Source: Candidatus Daviesbacteria bacterium
GTDB taxonomy: Bacteria; Patescibacteriota; Microgenomatia; Daviesbacterales; UBA10151
Direction of reading: 5' to 3'
Assembly: GCA_028687915.1 (NCBI GenBank)
Contig: JAQTZF010000001.1
Location: forward strand, 610,634-674,633
Length of the DNA: 64,000 nt
Shown here: positions 57,945 to 64,000 of the stretch, piece after piece
How the letters are laid out: every line of letters begins with the position of its first letter
How positions within the stretch are numbered: the first letter of the stretch is position 1
Made by a program: the position numbers and the translations under genes
The notes under the pieces: model-generated
Database searches by the model: none
What the model was told of the DNA's origin: nothing
The model's input: only the letters and a program-made list of their open reading frames with translations

Positions 57945-58685
57945 TTAGCGGATTTCGTAACTTAAAGTAACAGCAACAATTACTTCATTAGACCCTGGCT
58001 GTAAAGTTGTTTCAGGGGACGCAACTTTATCAGCTCCGCCTATGCCCATAGCCCGAAGAATTGGTGAACCGGCGGTATTTTCATTGTAATTAACTATTTT
58101 ACCTAAGGAAAACCCTGCTATTTTGGCAGCATCTTCTGCTTTTTTCTTAGCTGCAGCTACAGCTTTTGTTCTGGCCTCATTTTCTGCTGCAGTTTTATCA
58201 GTTGTATCAAAACCTAAGTTATTAACATTATTAGCCCCGGCTTTGGTGGCAGTATCAATTACCTGTCCTGCTTTACCTAGATCCCTTACTTTAATAGTTA
58301 AGGTTGTATTAGCAGAATAACCTGTAATTTTTTGAGAGCCATCACGGTAATCATAGGTGGGATTTATACTGTAATTACTGGTTTGAATATCCTTACTATC
58401 TATTCCTAATGCTTTAATATTTTCTGTGACTTTATTAATAATTACATTAATCTGATCCTGCACTTCTTTTGTTGTACTTCCTGTAGCACTAATGCCTGCA
58501 GAGATGCTTACAAAATCCGGTTTAACTGTACTCTTACCTTCTCCTGTTACATCAAAAGTTGTGGTTTTAGTAGTAGAGGTAGAGTTTACCTGAAAGGGGA
58601 TAGGTCCAATAAATTTAGTATAAACAAATAAAAGAATAAAAAAGATAACTAAAGTAGCTGCTGTGTTTCCGATTTGTTTTAGCAC
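57945..58685 (-). CDS. SIMPL (DUF541) domain protein
   Basis: V.GEG....PD, DIQT..Y.I.P.Y, AR..A...A..KA, LG. Confidence 0.9.
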   Translation of the reverse strand: MLKQIGNTAATLVIFFILLFVYTKFIGPIPFQVNSTSTTKTTTFDVTGEGKSTVKPDFVSISAGISATGSTTKEVQDQINVIINKVTENIKALGIDSKDIQTSNYSINPTYDYRDGSQKITGYSANTTLTIKVRDLGKAGQVIDTATKAGANNVNNLGFDTTDKTAAENEARTKAVAAAKKKAEDAAKIAGFSLGKIVNYNENTAGSPILRAMGIGGADKVASPETTLQPGSNEVIVAVTLSYEIR

Positions 58686-58793
58686 TATTAAATAATAAGA
58701 TAACTAAATAATTAATTCAACTTGTAAAGAATATTACAGATTAATTATTACTAGTATGTTATTTTTTATTTGATAGTGAGGGGGTGAGGTGAT

Positions 58794-58985
58794 ATGGATA
58801 TGATGAATGATGATATGAAAATGGAGTGGGAAAAAATGATGTCTAGCATGAATAATTTAAACGAAAAAATGAAGGAAATGGGTACAGAGGAGAAGCAAGA
58901 AATGAGTATGGTTTGGGATCATATGATGAACGATGCTAAGCAAATGCAAGATATGATGATGAAGAAAGCTGAACAAGCAGTTTAA
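58794..58985 (+). CDS. Small methionine-rich protein
   Basis: 18 Met in 63 aa; strong SD (GGGGGTGAGGTGA). Confidence 0.7.
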   Translation: MDMMNDDMKMEWEKMMSSMNNLNEKMKEMGTEEKQEMSMVWDHMMNDAKQMQDMMMKKAEQAV

Positions 58986-59239
58986 TATCTTCTTATATTT
59001 CTTGGATTTATTACTTTGGCAATTTCTGATGGGGTAGCATTTCTTCTTCCGTTTAGGTCTGTTGCCACGGTTTCAGAAGAATAAATTGCAGTCATTTTTT
59101 CCAATAAGGTGAGCTTTTCAAATTTAGTGTCGGGGAATATTTTACTTGCTTTTTGATGTGTTTTCTTTAACAATCCTGCTTGCTCTATATCTCTTCTGGC
59201 AAGTTCATCAAAACGTGAGGGTTGTTCTTTGGTTGACAT
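58982..59239 (-). CDS. Hypothetical protein
   Basis: 85-aa ORF starting 3 nt after the DUF1801 gene. Confidence 0.5.
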   Translation of the reverse strand: MSTKEQPSRFDELARRDIEQAGLLKKTHQKASKIFPDTKFEKLTLLEKMTAIYSSETVATDLNGRRNATPSEIAKVINPRNIRRY

Positions 59240-59242
59240 ATA

Positions 59243-59614
59243 TTAGGTGGATTTTTTAGTAAGGTTGTAATTTATCGCAGTGTGAACTAAGTTTTTCAGC
59301 TCGTGTTCCTTGATCTTGTCATCTTTAAAATAGTCGGTGGTTCGCCACTTTTTGCCATTAAGCCCGTTGTTAAAGAGTTTATCAGGATCAGAAAGACTTG
59401 CTCCTTCCTGAAATGTTAGTTTTACCTTATCTTTACAGATAACTGCTAAACAGACTATGCCAGAGTGTGACCAGACAGGATTTCCCATCCATTTCCATTC
59501 TTCAATTATCTCTGGATCTGCCTCAAGGATAACTTTTCGAATATCAGCTAATGTCTGGCCCCGCCAATCATTAAGTTCTGCAATTAGTTGATCAATTTTC
59601 TCGCTTGCATTCAT
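59243..59614 (-). CDS. DUF1801 (YdhG-like) protein
   Basis: DWRG..L...R..I...DP...E.WKW.G.PVW, GA.L.DP..LFN. Confidence 0.88.
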   Translation of the reverse strand: MNASEKIDQLIAELNDWRGQTLADIRKVILEADPEIIEEWKWMGNPVWSHSGIVCLAVICKDKVKLTFQEGASLSDPDKLFNNGLNGKKWRTTDYFKDDKIKEHELKNLVHTAINYNLTKKST

Positions 59615-59694
59615 TACCACTAAATTATACTGCAACATAAATAAAGGTGCTGGAATTTATTGATTTTGCGATTATATTATGAAATAGTTAAATT

Positions 59695-60609
59695 ATGAAA
59701 GAAAAGGGCTTTATTTTGCCCTATATTTTGGTTGTTATAGCTGTAATAATCACTGCAGGTGTAGCTTTATATATAAAAAATACTAGACAAATTCCATTTG
59801 TTACACAAAGAAATATGTTTACTCCATTGAGTGACGCTGAGGTACTGAATTGTAGTAAACCAATTCCAGGTTTACTATCTATAAGATTTAATTCTTCTGC
59901 TGATGCTAGTAGTGAAGCAGACTTCTATAAAGATATTTTGGTGAAAAAATATAACTTTCAAGAAAATGATATTAATCCTGGTTTAAATGATTTATTACGA
60001 ACTGAGCCATATCTTACTTCTTATTACTTTCTTATTGGCAATCAGGAAAAGATAGCGTCTAAATATAATAGTGAATTAAAAGTTATTTCAGAGAAAGTAT
60101 ATGGAGACAGTAGGGTAATTTTTAGTGGTGGTTATAATAAAATTGATGCTTTGAGTGACGGTATGTTTGCTGTTAACTTAAAAGATAAATCTTATTTTGA
60201 TGCTTTTTTAAAGGATTATCCCGAATTAACTCCTTTCCCATCTAATACATCTGTTAAATATTTCAGCAAAAGCAGAAAAGATGTTACTGTATCCACTTAT
60301 TTTTTTACAATTAACGCTTTAAATAAGAGACTGGATTTTCTTCAAGAATTAAGTAAATACCCAGGGGTTAATTGGTATATTTCTTATGCTGGTGGTCCGA
60401 GTGATATTATTATTGAGTTTGCAAACAACTATAGTGAAGATGATGCAGTAAAAATATTAGCTAATCAAAATTATAATATTGCTAATAATTATCCGTGGCT
60501 TAAACTAAAAGTAAAACCTGGCGAGGAGGAGAAGTGGATAAACGAATTATCTAGATATGAAGGGGTTTTAAAAGTTGAAAAAGTAATTAGTGGATGCCCT
60601 ATTCAATAG
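59695..60609 (+). CDS. Exported protein with pilin-like (class III-like) N-terminus
   Basis: MKEKG|FILPYILVVIAVII. Confidence 0.6.
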   Translation: MKEKGFILPYILVVIAVIITAGVALYIKNTRQIPFVTQRNMFTPLSDAEVLNCSKPIPGLLSIRFNSSADASSEADFYKDILVKKYNFQENDINPGLNDLLRTEPYLTSYYFLIGNQEKIASKYNSELKVISEKVYGDSRVIFSGGYNKIDALSDGMFAVNLKDKSYFDAFLKDYPELTPFPSNTSVKYFSKSRKDVTVSTYFFTINALNKRLDFLQELSKYPGVNWYISYAGGPSDIIIEFANNYSEDDAVKILANQNYNIANNYPWLKLKVKPGEEEKWINELSRYEGVLKVEKVISGCPIQ

Positions 60610-60720
60610 CATCGATCTTTAAGTTCTAAGTGACCCGAACGCTAAACAGTTCGAACTTTCTCTAGCCTGGTTAGATCACCTTAGGCAAGTATATCAAACA
60701 ACTAATGAGGAGAAAATGGA

Positions 60721-61170
60721 ATGAATAGCCTCCAAATCTCTCAACTTCATGATGAGAATACTTTTTATCAATCTTTTGTTAAAGATCTAAATCATTGTCA
60801 AAAAGAAGTCATTATAGAAAGCCCTTATATCACAGCTGGACGAATGAATCTTTTTAGACCAATATTTCAAAAACTTCTTAAACGAGGAGTGAAAATCTAT
60901 GTTTTTACCCGAGATCCTAAAGAACATGAAGAAGGTATGGAGCTACAGTCAGAAAGTGAAATCAGTAATTTTGAACGTATGGGAGTGGAAGTTCTGCTTT
61001 GTATAGGAAATCATCATAGAAAACTAGCTATTTTAGATCGTAAGGTACTTTGGGAAGGCAGTTTGAATATTTTATCCCAAGCTTACAGCAGAGAAATCAT
61101 GAGAAGAATCGAGAATAAAGAAATAGCTATGCAAATGTTTGAATTTTTGAAACTGGAAAAGTTCCTTTAG
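60721..61170 (+). CDS. Single-HKD phospholipase D-like (nuclease) domain protein
   Basis: IESPYIT; HRKLAILD....EGSLN. Confidence 0.85.
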   Translation: MNSLQISQLHDENTFYQSFVKDLNHCQKEVIIESPYITAGRMNLFRPIFQKLLKRGVKIYVFTRDPKEHEEGMELQSESEISNFERMGVEVLLCIGNHHRKLAILDRKVLWEGSLNILSQAYSREIMRRIENKEIAMQMFEFLKLEKFL

Positions 61171-61198
61171 ATATACTATAAGGAAAGGAGGAATAAAG

Positions 61199-61447
61199 AT
61201 GATTAAAAATATGCTTTCAAAAGATTGGATCAAACAAAACGGAGAAAAATTGAAGAATGCTTACAGCTACGCTGTCGTTAATAATTTAAATGTTAAATCT
61301 AAGGAAGATGTTTTAAAGATTTTAAAAGCAACTGATTCTGAAAATGCTAATGAGGAATATGCCGAAGTCTTCTCAAAAGTTTTACAGTTGGTTGGGAAAA
61401 CATTAAAAGAAACAATAGAAAAACGTGTGGATGAAGGTAAACTTTAA
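61199..61447 (+). CDS. Small hypothetical protein
   Basis: 82-aa ORF with SD AAAGGAGG. Confidence 0.6.
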   Translation: MIKNMLSKDWIKQNGEKLKNAYSYAVVNNLNVKSKEDVLKILKATDSENANEEYAEVFSKVLQLVGKTLKETIEKRVDEGKL

Positions 61448-61662
61448 GCCTTTTTAATCAAGATTTTAAGCCCAAGAACTTTAAGCACTTTATTAAGCTT
61501 AGAAACAGAAGGATTAGCCTCTCCTCTTTCTATCATTGCATAAAAAGTTTCAGTTAATCCTGCTTGTTTTGCAACTTCAACCTGAGTTAACTTACTTTTT
61601 TCTCTGGCTTCGCGTATTTGAGCAACGATCTCTGGATCAAGTTTTTCTTTATTAGATTCCAT
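61444..61662 (-). CDS. XRE-family HTH regulator
   Basis: IREAR....LTQ.EVA..AG......IERG..NPS. Confidence 0.9.
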   Translation of the reverse strand: MESNKEKLDPEIVAQIREAREKSKLTQVEVAKQAGLTETFYAMIERGEANPSVSKLNKVLKVLGLKILIKKA

Positions 61663-61731
61663 AAATATATTTATAGTATAGCATTTTTTGTTAAATAATT
61701 AAACTATGGGTCATATTTTTATTTAATGGGG

Positions 61732-62823
61732 TTATTTTTCTACTAACTTAGTTAAATCCTCCTCTCTTTCGTAAGCTTTTAATCTTCCGCTTAATATCCC
61801 AAGCCTACAAGATATCCCATCACTCATCAGCCTCCAATTAGTATCCTCAAGAACAAATTTAATAAGTTTCTTTAATGTATTGCTACTGTCATAATCACTA
61901 CGACCCTCCTTTGAATCATTAACAGTAAAATCAATAATGACAAATTGACCTATCTCTGGTTTTCCAAACTGAAGATCTACATATCTTTCTACCTCTATAG
62001 TTTTTTGAATTAAGTCTTTAAGTTGTAGAGCTTTAAGTGTTTTTAGCTGTCTAGCCTTTTGAATAAGAGGATCGTTATTTTTCTTCTGTTCCTCTTCTAT
62101 CCATTTAAAAGATTCAGTAAAATGTTCCATATCCGCTACTGCTCTTGGGCCATTCTCATCGTTATAACAAAAGAAGTCTTTATTCTCTTCAAAAATCTTT
62201 TTCTCCCAAGCATCTCTTTCTTCTCTTTCTTGCTTAGACTTTTTGAAATCATAAATTTCACTGTTGGTATATGAACAATTCGTACAAGTGTAAGTTGTTG
62301 TCAGAATACCTTTTTTGTTTTTATTTTTTCTATTTAATTGAGAGTTACATTCCGGACAAAGAGGTGGTTTATATACCCATTCTGTACCATCTTCATAAAA
62401 AGCCTGATTCTTTTTACATTTCGTACAGGTGAACATAAATAGAACCTGAGAATCATCATTTAATGTATCCAAAAGGTCTTTTGAGGCGACTTTAGTGGGC
62501 GAACCACATTCTTTACAGAGAACATTCCGGGGAGGAATAGCTAAATCATACTTTTCTTGAAGTTTTCTATCGCTATCCATCCATTTTTTGATAGTTTCCG
62601 CCCGATGACTAAATTTCTCAGTTTTAAAGGCATTTGTAGCATAACTTGCAGCCCTATTTGACTGATCGTCAAATTGTTCTTGAGTCATATCTTTGAGTTG
62701 ATCTCTTTTAGCGTCCAAACCTCTTCTAAGATCCCAATATAACTTCAAACTTTCAATAACAGTCTGAAGATCATAACGATATTTATAATACTCTTCATCT
62801 TTTAGAAACTTTTGTTCATCCAT
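61732..62823 (-). CDS. Hypothetical protein with four CxxC motifs (double Zn ribbon)
   Basis: CKEC, CTKC, CPEC, CTNC. Confidence 0.75.
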   Translation of the reverse strand: MDEQKFLKDEEYYKYRYDLQTVIESLKLYWDLRRGLDAKRDQLKDMTQEQFDDQSNRAASYATNAFKTEKFSHRAETIKKWMDSDRKLQEKYDLAIPPRNVLCKECGSPTKVASKDLLDTLNDDSQVLFMFTCTKCKKNQAFYEDGTEWVYKPPLCPECNSQLNRKNKNKKGILTTTYTCTNCSYTNSEIYDFKKSKQEREERDAWEKKIFEENKDFFCYNDENGPRAVADMEHFTESFKWIEEEQKKNNDPLIQKARQLKTLKALQLKDLIQKTIEVERYVDLQFGKPEIGQFVIIDFTVNDSKEGRSDYDSSNTLKKLIKFVLEDTNWRLMSDGISCRLGILSGRLKAYEREEDLTKLVEK

Positions 62824-62890
62824 ATAAATATTATTTTAAACCTTTTCTACTATCTTATAGCCTACTTTTTTGCTAAAATTGATCTTATCT

Positions 62891-64000
62891 ATGGCTTTCA
62901 ACGAAAACACACGAGTTAAAATTCCTGCAATTCTACATCTATGTAGATTAGGTTATGGTTATATCTCTTTAACTAATACAAAAAGAGATGAGAGCTCTAA
63001 TATATTTATAGATATATTTAATGATAGTATATCTAAAATTAATCCAGATATTGAACCGACTGAAATAAAAAAGTTATATGAAAATGTGCTTCTATCACTT
63101 GGAAATGAAGATTTGGGTAAATCTTTCTATGAATTACTTACCTCCACCTCAGGTTTAAAACTTATAGATTTTAAAAACTTCGAGAAAAATACTTTTAATG
63201 TTGTTACAGAGTTGGCATTCAAAAATGGTGATGAAGAATTTCGGCCAGACATAACACTTTTAATAAATGGTATGCCCCTCGCATTTATAGAAGTCAAAAA
63301 ACCTAATAACAAAGAAGGGATATTGGCTGAGCGAGACAGAATAAATGTAAGGTTTAAAAATGAAAAATTCCGTAAATTTATTAATATCTCCCAAATACTT
63401 GTATTCACAAATAATATGGAATACGACTCTGAATCAATTTACCCAATTCAAGGCGCTTTCTACTCAACCACTTCGTATCAAAAAGCAGATTTTAATTGTT
63501 TTAGAGAAGAAAGTATTTCAGAGTTATCAAAGGTAGTACAACCAGTAAATGAAGATATAGAAAATTTTGTATTAAAAGATAATAACTTATCTTCGATAAA
63601 ATTTTCTCCAGAATTCATTACTAATAAAGAATTAAATACACCTACGAATAGAATCCTAACATCTCTTTTTAGTAAAGATCGTTTAGCAATGCTACTTAAA
63701 TATAGTATTGCTTACGTAATTAGTGAAAATGGACTTGAGAAACATATAATGCGATACCCTCAATTTTTCGCTACAAAAGCTATAGAAAATAAAATTAAAC
63801 AAGGAGTTAAAAGAGGAATCATTTGGCATACTCAAGGAAGTGGAAAAACTGCACTAGCGTTTTATAACGTTCAATATCTTACAGATTATTTCCAACAAAA
63901 AGATATTATCCCTAAATTTTATTTCATAGTTGATCGAATTGATTTGATGGATCAAGCAATGCGTGAATTTTCAAGTCGTGGATTAATTGTTCATACAGTT
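62891..64000 (+). CDS. hsdR: Type I restriction endonuclease subunit R (3'-truncated by window edge; absent from ORF track)
   Basis: Own translation: MAFNENTRVKIPAILHL...FRPDITLLING.PL.FIEVKKP...RYPQFFA...IWHTQGSGKT...FIVDRIDL. Confidence 0.93.
   Translation, partial: MAFNENTRVKIPAILHLCRLGYGYISLTNTKRDESSNIFIDIFNDSISKINPDIEPTEIKKLYENVLLSLGNEDLGKSFYELLTSTSGLKLIDFKNFEKNTFNVVTELAFKNGDEEFRPDITLLINGMPLAFIEVKKPNNKEGILAERDRINVRFKNEKFRKFINISQILVFTNNMEYDSESIYPIQGAFYSTTSYQKADFNCFREESISELSKVVQPVNEDIENFVLKDNNLSSIKFSPEFITNKELNTPTNRILTSLFSKDRLAMLLKYSIAYVISENGLEKHIMRYPQFFATKAIENKIKQGVKRGIIWHTQGSGKTALAFYNVQYLTDYFQQKDIIPKFYFIVDRIDLMDQAMREFSSRGLIVHTV

Larger units (their letters stand above)
60630..64000. mobile_element. 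Probable left edge of an integrated defence island
   Basis: tRNA-3'-like remnant at 60630-60657 followed by PLD, XRE, Zn-ribbon and HsdR genes; no integrase in window. Confidence 0.45.

Overview
An AT-rich, gene-dense bacterial chromosome segment. Gene content and style (very short intergenic regions, mostly leaderless-looking starts, tRNAs without encoded CCA, no biosynthetic pathways) suggest a Patescibacteria/CPR, probably Microgenomates-type, genome; this is inference. Housekeeping genes are dnaE (5'-truncated), rplS, rnhB, yraN, rsmI, dedA, lexA, uvrB, uvrA, uvrC, secG, typA, tRNA-Glu and tRNA-Lys. Accessory surface systems are two independent TasA/SipW fibre loci (one with SGNH, cohesin and dockerin-like modules), a ~16 kb glycosylation locus ending in an LAxTG protein plus two sortases, a MacAB-type exporter and two paralogous copies of an uncharacterised gene pair (small membrane anchor plus secreted coiled coil). 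The last 3.4 kb looks like the edge of an integrated defence island (PLD-domain, XRE, Zn-ribbon, type I HsdR). Non-obvious signals read from the DNA are a family of tiny TGCGA-hairpin-TCT elements (beside both tRNAs and in frame inside uvrA), a TTCG-N7-TTYG direct repeat before lexA, uvrB and uvrA, divergent genes sharing a single CATG as start codons, and three enzyme homologues lacking catalytic residues. All calls were made by eye from motifs; no searches were run.
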